From Guillardia theta CCMP2712 (lineage: Eukaryota > Protista > Cryptophyta), in assembly GCF_000315625.1 (NCBI RefSeq), contig NW_005434643.1, positions 1 through 64,000 on the forward strand: a stretch of 64,000 nt of DNA. The letters are read 5' to 3'. The notes beneath the pieces were generated by a model. That model ran no database searches and was not told where the DNA came from. It saw nothing but the letters and a program-made list of their open reading frames with translations. The position numbers and the translations under genes were made by a program. This document shows, in pieces, positions 14,580 through 26,407 of this stretch. Position 1 is the stretch's first letter; every line of letters begins with the position of its first letter.

Positions 14580-16790
14580 TCCACCCTTTGTCTTTACATC
14601 CGGAAACTTTGAACGATGTCAGTACCACGTCAATGTCTGCTTGCCATTCCTACCTGTTGTCGTCCGAGGATCCAACAGATTCGCGTGATAGGTTCTCTTC
14701 GTAACGCAGCACATGATGAGCCAGGGGGGACTTGGTTTGACTGAATCCATACTCGCTGAAAGGCACTTGACTGTCTGACCTCTCAGACTTGACCGCCTGC
14801 AGGAGAGTTAGAGAGCGACTCGGAAGCCCTTCAAACGGATTGCCTTGAGGCGCTCTAATTCTTCACGGGCCTTCCCTAGCTCCTCAGTCAGCCTGTATGC
14901 CATTTAAGGATAGAAAACGCTCATGAAAGGAGCGCTTTGCCTGTCTTTCTCAGCACTTACAGTTGCCTCCCTGATCTGACCAGACTGTGAGTAGGAGGAT
15001 GAGCATGCAGACGATGTGAGTCACCTGTGCCCTCCTGAAGAGGGTCTCCAACTCTGAGGTGCGGGAGTCTTCCTCCTCCCCTCCCCTTCGTAGATCGTCC
15101 CTCCCCGCCGCGTCCTGAAGCGCCTGTCTCGGACATCATAAACCCGCTTACCTACACAAAGATAGGCAATCACCAAGAAAACCCACCTTTGTCATATGCT
15201 TAATCTGGGCCTTTCTGCGGTCCAGTGATTCCTTCGCAGCTGATATGAAATATTAAGACATGTTCTCCTCTTCCTTTAGAAGTGGTACGATTACCTGTCA
15301 ACAAGTCTTCCAGGGAGGCTTCTCTTGCTTTCAGGGCCGAAACCTGAGTGCGATGAATGATCAAAATGCAACAGAGAGGTGGAAAATCTGTTATACCTTG
15401 TTCAAGATTGATCTGAGAAGATTGGCACACTCTGTATTGCCACTCTGCACATAATTGCTCGTTTCCTGAAGTCTCCAGTCAGTCATCCTGGTGCTCCCAA
15501 GTTCACCTGTACTAACATTTGAGGTTTGCTTGTTGCTCAGGATAGCTTTGATGTTTCTGCACACAGATTGAGTCATGCTCAACATGGAAACTTGAGGTTC
15601 AAACCTAAGTTCTGGTACTATCAAATCAAGCTCGTTGTTGTAAAGTCGTCCCTGATCCTGCCATATAGTGAACCTGAAGAAATCAGAAATGAGTTGATGC
15701 CACCCTCATTGCTGACGCCTGATCATGTTTGGGTGGTGGAAACGCTGCTGTATCTTGATGTGCTTGTTTCATCTGATAATTCCAAAGGGAGAAATTAGAT
15801 TCAAGGAGGACTGCGGTTGGCTCTGGTAGTTCTACACAAGGTACATTCGATCAGTCACCTGAGACGGGTTCTCCCACATGACATCAGCATCAATCCTGTT
15901 CATCACTGTCATACAGCAGCTGTTGGATGCCCTTGTCCCTCACTCAGCAGATCGCCGGAGATCGATCGCCCTGCCACTCAGGCCTTAGAAGCTCCTTTCC
16001 AACAGCCTTTTCAACCCACCTGGAAGGTTCTCCATGTCCTTGCCTTGCCGACAAGCTCATAGCTCCTCGTCGGATCCTCACTTGAAGAGTCTCTTCTCTG
16101 TCAGGACCTGCCGGAGAGAATCAAAACTTGTGCTATCGTCAGCTGCGCCATCACCAAACAGCACTGAGGTGGTTCGAACGAGCCCAAGGGTGACAAACGA
16201 GCCTTCCGGGCCACTCACAAGGGCCCCGACCTTGCGTCAGAGCATCACGTCTCCTGCAACTCTGCAAGCACGAGAGGGGACCTCTGGAAGTGACATGCCC
16301 ACGACACTCTGGTCGTCGATGGACACGATCTGGATCACCGTCAAGGGATGCGTTCAGTGGTTGAAAACCACACCTTATCTCCAATGTTGATTCCTCCATG
16401 CATAGCAGCGCTGAGCAAAGATCTTATTGACGCAAGCAACAAGATTCACCCACCTCCCCCCGGGCTGTATGTCCGCGACATAACAGAGAGTGGTAGGGGT
16501 CGTTTGCTCGAGAGCGAGGCCGATCCCTAAAGGAGAGACATCATGGCGCCGCCATGGAGGAATGCAAGAGGGGATCTGAACGCCTCACCAGCTCTCTTGG
16601 GCAGAAATGAGCTCATTGATAATCCCACGTCTAGAATGGCAACAGCCCCGTCACAGCTTATCGGCCCAGATTATGCTGACAGCCGATTCAAGGTCTGTCT
16701 GGTTACCTGGAGGGGAGGCCATCGAAGGGAGAGGGGATCTTGCTGAGAGAATTCGAACTTGGATAGAAAATATCAAACGGGTCCTTCATT
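14580..16790 (-). CDS. PDZ-domain protein with C-terminal coiled-coil, multi-exon
   Basis: Spliced exons at ~16170-16530 give GIGLALEQTTPTTLCYVADIQPGG.AAMHGGINIGDK/IVSIDDQSVVGMSLPE/VGALVSGPEGSFVTLGLVR, a textbook PDZ consensus. Both ends are approximate. Confidence 0.72.
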
Positions 16791-17219
16791 GCGTTCTATT
16801 CAGACGTGTTGTCCAATTCCAAATTGCTTGTTCTCAATATTTGAAAATCTAATTTCTCATCAAAGCATTCTTACAACTGAATTTACAAGTAGTAAGCCCT
16901 GAAGCTTGATGTCTACACCACGTTATGCTCACTATGCTCTAGATCCCACCAGAGGATCGAAGATTCGCGCCTAAGTAATTGCTGGATTCCCTGCCTCAAT
17001 CCCTTCTCATCCGAGCAAAAACTTCATTTGAACTTGTTTCTCAGCGATACCATGTCTCCTGTGATCTGTCTTTTCGTTCTTTAGTTTGAACATAATGCCA
17101 GCAGCATAGCATACTAATCCTACCGCAATCGTACTTATCATAATCTTTCTCGTCCTCCTCTCCCTCATGATACATGTTCTCCTCTTGCCATTGCGCCTTA
17201 CTAGGTCCTTCCTTTTCAT

Positions 17220-17500
17220 GGTGGTGGTGGGGTGTTCAAACCCCTTGAGTACCCGTACTTTTGACTATATTTATGGGGGTATATGATCACATGTGGGGGT
17301 GAGGGTGATACATCGTTGATCAAGCTTTGTGAGCTTTGTGAAGGCAATTGGTATGGGGTAGGGTACTTCTCTCCTATACCCCCTCAAGCAATACTTCAAA
17401 AGGGGGTACTATCATGAAAATCATCACCCCCACCCCATTCTTGGAAAGGAAAAAATTGAAAAACCGAGGCCGTCCCCACCAAATTTGAAGGGCAACAACG
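17220..17500. promoter_or_regulatory. TACCC/GGGTA-rich intergenic tract
   Basis: gtacccgtac, ggggtatat, ggggtagggtact, ataccccc and ggggtact between divergent genes. Confidence 0.35.
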
Positions 17501-17619
17501 GGTACAACAGCTAGATGTAGGAAGTACAATCATGGCTGAACGAAGCCTGCAGTCCATCTAGTCGTTCAGTGTGGGAAGGGAGAGAGAAGAGCTCTGGCAA
17601 GACAAAGATCCTGTGACGA

Positions 17620-17735
17620 AGAGGAGAGGAGGATCGAAGAGGGGAGGAGGATCGAAGAGGAGAGGAGGATCGAAGAGGAGAGGAGGATCTGAGAGAGAAG
17701 GAGGACAAGCAGGATGTGGAGGACAAGCAGGATGG
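17620..17735 (+). repeat. 18-mer tandem repeats (gaggagaggaggatcgaa x~4; gaggacaagcaggatg.. x2)
   Basis: Direct inspection of the sequence. Confidence 0.85.
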
Positions 17736-17932
17736 TATGAAAGTACGAGGCGAACATCTGAGGGAAAGGATCTCTTAGTACGGTAAGGAAAGAGAGAGGG
17801 CGCGAGGAAGGAGGTCTCGAGGTAAAGCAATGGAAGACGAGGAAAGAAATGATGGCATGAGATGTAGGAGGAAGAGGAACTTTATCGCACGTCCGAATGT
17901 CCTTTTCTTACCACTGTGTTGGGCAGAGCAGG

Positions 17933-20280
17933 ATGTACAGGGAAATCGTTGAGGTCGGCGGCACGGGCAGGAAGAAATGCTGGCAGATCGTTCTCCTCCT
18001 TTCCCTGGCTCTGCTTCCTGTCGTGCTGACGAAGACCATCCCGACTCTGCGAGCAGCTCACGAGGGCGCCAAGACGAGCAAGGAGGTAGGGGCAAGGAGG
18101 AAACTCAGTTTCCATGAGGAGATGATTGCCGGGGCCCTGGCTCGCGCTGCTGCTCAGTGCGTCATGTACCCGGCCGATGTGCTCAAGACCCTGGCTCAGA
18201 CTCGGCGCTCTGGGGGCTCTCCTCCGACTCTGGGGAGCATAACCAAGGTTCTGCTCATCGGCGGTCACCGGAAATGACCTTGCCGCCTGCACGTTGTGCT
18301 GGACCTTCGTTCCTACTGCATCTATGTGCTCTGTGCTGTGTGCTGTGTGCTCTGTGCTGTGTGCTCTGTGCTGTGTATACTCTCCAGCTTCCTCCAGCTT
18401 CCAGTGGCTTCCTCCTCTTCCCTCTCCTCCTCCATCAACCCCTTGAACTTTCCTGAACTCTCTCGAGCTATCTTTCATGACAAGGAAGGCAGGCTCAACT
18501 GCTCAAGGGCTCACTGACTACCTCTGTCTTGGCTCTGCCTGCTGGTGCGATCCAGTTCAGCGTGTTCAGATTGCTCAAGGACGAGGGACGTGAGGTAGGA
18601 GGAGGATCGGAGAATGACGCAGGGGAGGGGATGGAGGAGGGGAGGGGAGAAGAAGAGGGAGTGAGGTGAAGGGGAGCGGCCGAAGGGAGGGAGAGGAGAG
18701 GGAGAGGAGAGGGAGAAGGGTTGGGGTGAGCAGAGAAACGGGACAGAGAGGGAAGCAGAGGAGAGGGAGGGAGGTGTAGGGAAACGAGAGCGTGTTTCGC
18801 ACATTTTCTCTGTATGGTCGACCATCTCACTTTCCAGCACTTCAGTTGGCGCCCCCTTGGATCAGCACGGCGAGCATCGAGCTCATGGCAGCGGCAGTGG
18901 CGGCGGTGGCAGCGTGTGTGGTGCAGGTGAAGAGAAGGGGGGGGAGGAGTAGGAGCAGGAAGAGACGTTAGGAGGAGGGGCAGAAACAGGAGGAGGAGCA
19001 GGAGGAGACGTAGGAGGAGGAGCAGAAACAGAAGGAGGAGGAGGAGGAGGAGGAGGAGCAGACGCAGGAGGGGGAGACGAGAACGAAGGAAGAAGGGAGC
19101 AAGCGGAGAGGTAGTGGGAGCGATGTGGAGGTCTCATGTTTTCTACAGACCCCTCAAGAAGTTATCAAACAGAGGATGCAGGCAGGAATTTATCCTTCCT
19201 TCATGCAGGTGAGCGATGCATGTCAGTGTGATGAGAGGAATGGAGGGGAGAGGAGATGAAAGAGAACAGCGGAGGGAAGAGATGGGGAGGAAGAGGAGAG
19301 GACAAGGAGAAATCGAGGCAGAAATTGAGAGGACGGAGATTGGGAGACGAGAGGGAGAAGAGGAAGAGGAGAGAAAAAAAGAGGAGAGGTACAGGAGAGA
19401 AAGAGGAAAGGCAGAGAAAGAAGGGGAGAGGGAGAGAGGGAGAGAGAAGGGTGTGGGAGGAAGGGGGGGGGGAGGAGAGCTGAAGGAGACAGTAGAGAGT
19501 CGTGGCACAAGGATCTGAGTCACATTGAAAAGCTTGTGGGTCATGATAGTTGTGATGTCAGGGAGTTGCCTCGTTGCTGAGAAGTGAAGGCCTGCGAGGA
19601 TTCTACACAGGTCAGCTCATCCTTTCATGTTGCTGTATTTGAAGCGTCCACTCTCTTCCTCCTCCTCCTCCCCTCCCTCCACTTCCTTGCACCTTCTTCT
19701 TCTTCTTCTTCTTCGTCTTCTCCGTCTTCTTCTTCTTCGTCTTCTTCGTCTTCTTCTTCTTCGTCTTCTTCCTTTCTTCTTCTTCTTCTTCTTCTTCGTC
19801 TTCCTCTTTTTGTCTCCTCCTCCTCCTCCTCCTCCTCCATCACCACCACCACCACCTTCGTCTTCTTGTTCTCCTTCGTCTTTTTGTTCTTCGTCTTCTT
19901 TATCTCCGTCTCCTGTTCTCTCTCATTCTCTCCCTCCCTCTCTCTCTCCTTGATCTATGACCATCCATTTGACCCCACCTTTTCTTACCCTCCTCTCCTC
20001 CTCTCCTCCTCTCCTCCTCTCCTCCTCTCCTCCTCTCCTCCTCTCCTCCTCTCCTCCTCTCCTCCTCTCCTCCCGATTTCTTCCCCCAGGATTTCTCCCA
20101 ACGGTCGCAAGGAACACTCCGACCGTCTGCATCTCCTTCACGGGCTTCGCTCGCCTCAAGGTCAGCAGACCGCAAGCACGACCCCAGCTGAGAGCCGGCA
20201 GGTCTTTTTCGACCAGCTGCTTGACAGGAAGCCTACGGCGACTGAGAACCTGGTGAGACAAAGTCGCTGGACAGTCTTAT

Positions 20281-20323
<43 letters not shown>

Positions 20324-20520
20324 CGCCTGTCCTTCTCTTCCTCCTCTCACTTGTCGTCCTCTTCTCTCTTCCTCTTCTTCCTTCCACGTTTCCAGCTCTT
20401 CGCTTTCCTGCTGCTGCGCCTGCTGCTGCTGCTGCTGCTCCCCCTCCCCCCTCAATTCTTCCCGTTGCTTCTCAGGTCCTCGGCGGCGTCGCTGCCACAA
20501 TAGCAACCCTGCTCACACAG
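17933..20520 (+). CDS. Mitochondrial carrier family protein (SAM-carrier-like) with N-terminal hydrophobic extension; 3' end lost in gap
   Basis: Carrier signatures IAGALARAAAQCVMYPADVLKTLAQ and TPQEVIKQRMQAGIYPSF, plus LLRSEGLRGFYT/GFLPTVARNTP and ENL/VLGGVAATIATLLTQ. The third repeat is interrupted by the N gap at 20618-20717. Confidence 0.85.
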
Positions 20521-21008
20521 GTACAACGTTACAGCAAGACGACCTTGCCGTGCTGCCTCTTTATACCCTCATTCCATCTCCTCCTCCTTCTCCTTCTCCT
20601 CCTCCTCCTCCTCCTCCNNNNNNNNNNNNNNNNNNNNNNNNNNNNNNNNNNNNNNNNNNNNNNNNNNNNNNNNNNNNNNNNNNNNNNNNNNNNNNNNNNN
20701 NNNNNNNNNNNNNNNNNCCCATGTGCAGACACGTCGAGGAGGAATAGGTCCGATCTGTCGGTAAATGTCTTGAGAAACTTACCAAAAAACGATGCGGATG
20801 GGCCCACAGAATGTAAAGAGCGGCAGCGGCAGGTCAAAGGTCCTCATAGCTCGTGATGTAAGCCGTACACATTGCCGGAGCGCAGACGGTGAGGTTTATT
20901 CGATCTTCTACTCTTTCGCAAAGTCCATCACCACGTCAGTCTCTAAGGCAAGAGTCCGGTCGTTGGTGACGGGCGGGAGGCATTATTATCACTGGAGAAG
21001 GTTGAGGG

Positions 21009-21039
<31 letters not shown>

Positions 21040-21265
21040 ACAAAGAGCAGGAGCACAACGAGGGGGAGGAGGGAGGTGGAGATGAAATTACAGGGGTAGA
21101 AGGGAGGAAAGGGAGGGGAGAGAGGAGGGTTTGCGATCCCTTCTGTTTCAATTGGAGGATACCATATGTTGCTTGTCATGTAAATATTGACCATGTATGA
21201 TTCTCGCACAAGAAATGTTTCATTTATTCACAGGAAAGAATAAAAGTTCTGTTCTATCATGCATG

Positions 21266-22753
21266 TCACCAGAGGTTGCATTCGCTGTCATGGCTGTTGT
21301 ACATCTGCCAGTGATGTCAAGATTGTTACATGTCGTGCTCGCACATACCTTGCTCCCTGCATGACATCGGTACGTCTGGGCAAAGGGTGCAAACTGATAC
21401 GATGAGATCACAAGGGAGATCAGATGTAGGACAAGGAGCAGAAGGAAGGGAGGGAGTAGGATAGGCGAAGGAGAAGAGAAATGGAGGGAGGGGGAGGGGG
21501 AGGGGGAGGAAGGAGAGTGGAGGGGAGGAAGTGGTGGAGAGGGGGAGGAAGAGGATGCNNNNNNNNNNNNNNNNNNNNNNNNNNNNNNNNNNNNNNNNNN
21601 NNNNNNNNNNNNNNNNNNNNNNNNNNNNNNNNNNNNNNNNNNNNNNNNNNNNNNNNNNTATGAAATAAGTTAAGAGAAAGGTTTGTGATCCATGAAGCTA
21701 AAGAATGTCTTTAAGGGCTCAGGCTCATCGCTTCCCTCGTCACGTCTCTCCTCCTCCTCCTCCTCCTCCTCCTCCTCCTCCTCCTCCTCCTCCTCCTCCT
21801 CCTCCTGCCCCTGCTCCTGCTCCTCCTCTTCCCTCCTCTTCCTTCGGCTTTCCCTCTTCCTCCTCTCCCGCCTTATCCTCCTGTGATGCTGCCGCACCTC
21901 AACATGCCTGCCTGCAGGGAGAGCGGCTCTCATGGCCAAGTAAGCAAGATGCAACCCTCCTCTGCGCAGCAGATCGGTCAGAAGACACAGCAGCATTAAG
22001 TAGCGCGTCAGGAAGAGGAGGAAGAGAAGGACGAGGTGAAGGAGGAGGCAGGAGGAGGCAGGAGCAGGTAGCCTGGGAGGTGGTAAGAGGAGGAAGGAGG
22101 TGGTGTTTGGAGGAGGAGGATACCGATCAGCGATGTCCTCTTCCAGTGTCTGGTTGCTGTGGACATGCCTGAAGGACCATGATGGGTCAGATTTGCAGCA
22201 GGTGACAGAGAGGAGGAGAAGAGAGTGACTTGTAAGGATTAAACGAGATCCGAGCATCCTCTTCCTCGTCCTCGTCCTCCTCCTCCTCCTCCTCATCGTC
22301 ACATCATCACCATCATCATTACATCATCATCATCATCATCTCCATCCCCATCATCATCATCTTTATATCATCAGCGCAGAAAACCAACCTTCCAGCACTC
22401 GTGTACGTGTGATAGTATCTCCCTATGCAATCTGCTCTCTTCTTGTAGCTCCTGATCGTCGAGTTGTCCCACCTGTTCGCCCCATCGACGTCAGATTTCA
22501 CCACGTGACATCATCAGCCCCCAGCTGTTTCCCACCAGCTTCTCAGCTCGAAGTTGGGGCCGAAAAGTCTCCCGACGTTGTCGAACCCGTGGGACATTTC
22601 ATGCCCCACAAGACCCCCTGCACCATCGCTCACTGACCTAACACGTCCTCTCTCGCCCTCCTCGCCCTCCTCGTCCTCTTCCCTCGTCCTCGTCCTCGTC
22701 CTCGTCCTCCTCCCTCGTCCTCGTCCTCGTCCTCCTCCCTCGTCCTCGTCCTT

Positions 22754-22795
<42 letters not shown>

Positions 22796-25752
22796 CTCCC
22801 TCGTCCTCGTCCTCGTCCTCCTCCCTCGTCCTCGTCCTCGTCCTCGTCCTCCCCTGGCCTAATTTCCTCTTGTTTCCATGTCCAGCCCCTCCTCCCTTCC
22901 TCCTCATTTGCCATCCCCCCTGCTCCTCTTTCTTTCTCTTTCACTTTCTCGTCCTCGTCCTCCGTCTCACCAAGGGATCCCAAATCGTAGGGAGAGAAGG
23001 GAGAACTCGCGTGTCCCCCAGCAGCGATGAAGGGAAACTGGCGGGAGGGAGTTGAGAAGGGAGAGAGTTCGCAAGGGCTGACCTGAAGGAGGGCAGAGGG
23101 GACGAAGAGCGAGTTGGTGTGGATGTTGTAGAAGGCGTTGACGGACATCGGGCCGAGGTCTGAGAACAGGAGGTTAGTGAACAGGTGAGAAGAGGAGGAG
23201 AGGAGAGGAGAGGAGAGGAGAGGAGAGGAGAGGAGAGGAGAGGAGAGGAGAGGAGAGGAGAGGAAGAGAGGAGAGGAGAGGAGAGGAGAGGAGAGGAAAG
23301 GGGAGGGGAGGGGAGGAGAGGAGAGGCGAGAAGAGGCGAGGAGAGGAGGTTGAGAATGAGAGAAAAGCAGAGTGCTCTCCAATCACTGCCTCCACGTCTC
23401 ACCAGTCCCCCAGTCTCTCCTCCCCTTGACAGTAGCGAGCTTCGTGATCTGTCAGGACGAGGACGCGTCTCAGAGCGGGAGAGGGTCAACGCGCCTTCGG
23501 GGCTGACCGCACCTGGTCGGTGACGACTTTCTTGGCTATGTTGACAGAGTTCTGAAACCACCTCTGATGATGTACGACGAAGCCAAGGGGTTCAACGTTC
23601 CGAGGTCCTCCTACCTGCAGATGTCCTGAGGAGGAGAGGAGGGAGGCAGGGAGGGAGGGTAGAGGGAAGTAGCGAGGAGGGAGAGAGGGAGGGAGGAGAG
23701 AGAGAGGCAAGGGAAAGGAAAGGAAGGGGAGGTATGCTGATGCTGATGCTGATGCTGATGCTGATGCTGATGCTGATCGAGGTTTCGATTCTTTTTTCTC
23801 ACCTCCACGTCCATGTCCGCCAACTTGACCAGAGCGACTCGCTTGCTGCTCTCCGACATCCACGAGGATCGTCGGATGACCTGTGAAACCACCGCCAGGG
23901 GGTCAACAAGGAAAGCACACCGAGGCCCTGAAGAAAACAGCGGTGAAGCAGTTGAGAGGTTGAAGGGGAGGAGAGCGAGCGAGGGGGATTGAACCGAAGA
24001 GAGCAAGATCGAAGTGGGGTGAAGGAGAGGAGGAGGAGGAGGAGGAGGAGGGGCAGAAGGAATGGGGGATGGGAGTGGTTGCGGTGATGGGAGGCATCAA
24101 CTTCCAAGCAGCTGTCCATTGCTACCTTTGCGAACTCCTGCTTCAGCTTGCCGATCATCCTCTCCGCTCTCGCTGCCACGTCATCACGACCAGCATGCTG
24201 CTGGTAAGTTTGCCCGATGACGTCCGGCACGAACAAGTTCAAGGTATGGAGGCAAATGCGCCACCTCGGTGGATCAGCTTTGACGCCATACAATCGCTTC
24301 CGAAACTCAAGGTCTGCAACCTGAGCCAGGACTAAATCCAAGCAGGCAAACCACTCCTTCCTCCCCTCCTGCTCCCTACCTCCTCCCTGTGCTCTACTCC
24401 CCCCCCCCGGGGGCTTCCCCCGCTTCCCCCCCTCCCATTCTATCATTTCCCTCCGTTCCCCCCTCTTCCTGTTTCCTTCACTTCTCCCTCCCCTTCCACT
24501 CCTTCCCTCCCGCCACTCCCTCGCTCCTCCTCCTCGTCTTCTGTGCGAAAGTTTCTTGCCCACACCTGAAACGGATGTCCGAGATGCCCGACGAGGTTGT
24601 CTAGCAGCTTCCACTTAAGGTACCACCGCCAGTAAGTCTTGTCTTTCCGTCCTATCAGCCCGCACAGCCGTTGAAAGAAAGGAACATCCACTACCCTCAC
24701 CATCTGCCGGCTGGTCAACACCACCCGTTCCCGCTAGAGTCTCCTTCTTACCTTGTCGTCTGACTGCAGCAGATGCTTGTCGACCCCGAGCAGTTCGAAG
24801 AAGAGGGACCAATCGAGCCCATGCTTCACTTGCATGCCCTTCACCACCTGCTTGAAGGAGAGTGGGGGGAGAGAGTTTGCTGTTCGCTCGTCAGCGTGCG
24901 ACAAGAACATCCTTGCCAGCTCGGTCTCAACGTCCAGGATGCTCGCTGCTGCCTCGCTGCTCTCTTGCTGCGAGTAGCCGAGGAGCAGGAACACCTGACG
25001 AGCGAAGGTCCTCAGAGCCGATCGCTTGCCCGCGTTCCACTCGAGTAGGTAGAAGTTGTGGTCGGCGAGCGTCAGCCCCCCTGCTGCATGTACATCACCC
25101 TCTTCAGCGAGTCCACGTCTGCCCCAACGTCCCAGAAGAAGAAAGCTTTCGAGTTCAGCCGGTGAATCATGGCAACCACCTCCACCAACGGTCGATCGCC
25201 CTGCTGGGCCAGGGCTGCGTCAACCCTCGTAAGATATGGCAGGACTGGCCGGATCCCCTGAGCATCGATGGACTCAGTATCCAGACATGATCGGAAGAGC
25301 TTCCCGGCATCGCCTCCTCCATGTCCCATCATCAGAGAGCGCATCATCTGCGCGTCTCGTTCCTTGACGCCATCGAAGGTGTAGTACCATTGATCGTGAT
25401 CGCTTGGAAGCTCTTTCTTCAGGAAACCTCCACAAGCATACTGGTAGAAGTCCTCACATGGAGATGTGCTTGTATCCATGAGTTTCGATCGATCCTCCTG
25501 GCCTGTCATCTCCTTCCCCGCCAACTTCTGGCCTCTCCTCCACCCCAGAGGATTCCACCCCGACCATCCCAAGGTAGGGATCAGAACAGCGATCCCAACC
25601 AGGAAGAGACAAGAGAGACACAGGAGCATGCGTCGACTTTGTCCTCGCCTCTTCCTCCTAATCCCTCCATCCACCATCGCTCCCTCCTCCTCCTCCTCCT
25701 CCCCCACCCTCCCTCCCTTTCCGCTGTCTAGCAGCGGGTCGCTCTCCCTCAT
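21266..25752 (-). CDS. M13 family zinc metalloendopeptidase (neprilysin/ECE-like), type II membrane, multi-exon
   Basis: N-terminal TM segment, MDTSTSPCEDFYQYACGGF, VNAFYN, GHEMSHGFD (HExxH), TLEEDIADRGG (ExxxD) and C-terminus FAQTYRCHAGSKMYNSHDSECNLW*. An N gap at 21559-21658 lies inside. Confidence 0.92.
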
Positions 25753-26407
25753 TGTCGGGCGGAGCCACAACCACCCCTACCCTCCTGAATCCCTTCCATC
25801 TACCCCCTCATACACAGCATTTCATAAATTATGATATTTCGGGTTGATATCGTATAAACATTGATAAATTATATATAATTTTGTATATTTCTGTATATTA
25901 GAGCAGATCGAACGTTTGAAAATGGAGGAAGCCGGGGATGGGTAGCGCAAGGAGGAGGAGAGAGAGAGGAGGAGGAGAGCGAGGAGGATGGACACAAAGA
26001 GGACAGGAAAGTAGAGAGGACATGAAACATACAGGCAAGAGCCTTGTAGATTCCAGAGGCTGCTAGCATGTCCAGATTTTTGAAATATCGCGACTCGGAG
26101 AAGGTTGATGCAGAAAAATGTTGCGATGCAGGACAGCAGAACATGTTAAGGAGTGATGAAGTAAAGAAAGTGATTTTGAATAGTATGACAGAAAACTAGC
26201 ATGGGATATATCACCACATGGGCTGGCACAGAAGTGAGAACTAGTGCAATGAATAGGAAAAAGCAAAGCAAATTCACTCTCAGACGAAGGGAAACGAAGT
26301 TGGAGATGTTGTTTCTGCTCACAATCTGATTTTTTTCCGTTTTTGCAGTCTCTCAGATGATCCTTGCCATGCACGCGGCATCCTTGTCCTAGAATCATCT
26401 CTGCGAA

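Noticed and set aside
17620-17735. Regular 18-mer repeats (and 16-mers at ~12330-12378) as a possible CRISPR-like array
   Set aside because: They are contiguous tandem units without unique spacers, in a eukaryotic context with no cas genes.
22130-22165. EEDIAD instead of GENIAD in the M13 peptidase as a sign of inactivation
   Set aside because: The zinc-ligand Glu and downstream Asp (ExxxD) and the HExxH motif are all retained.
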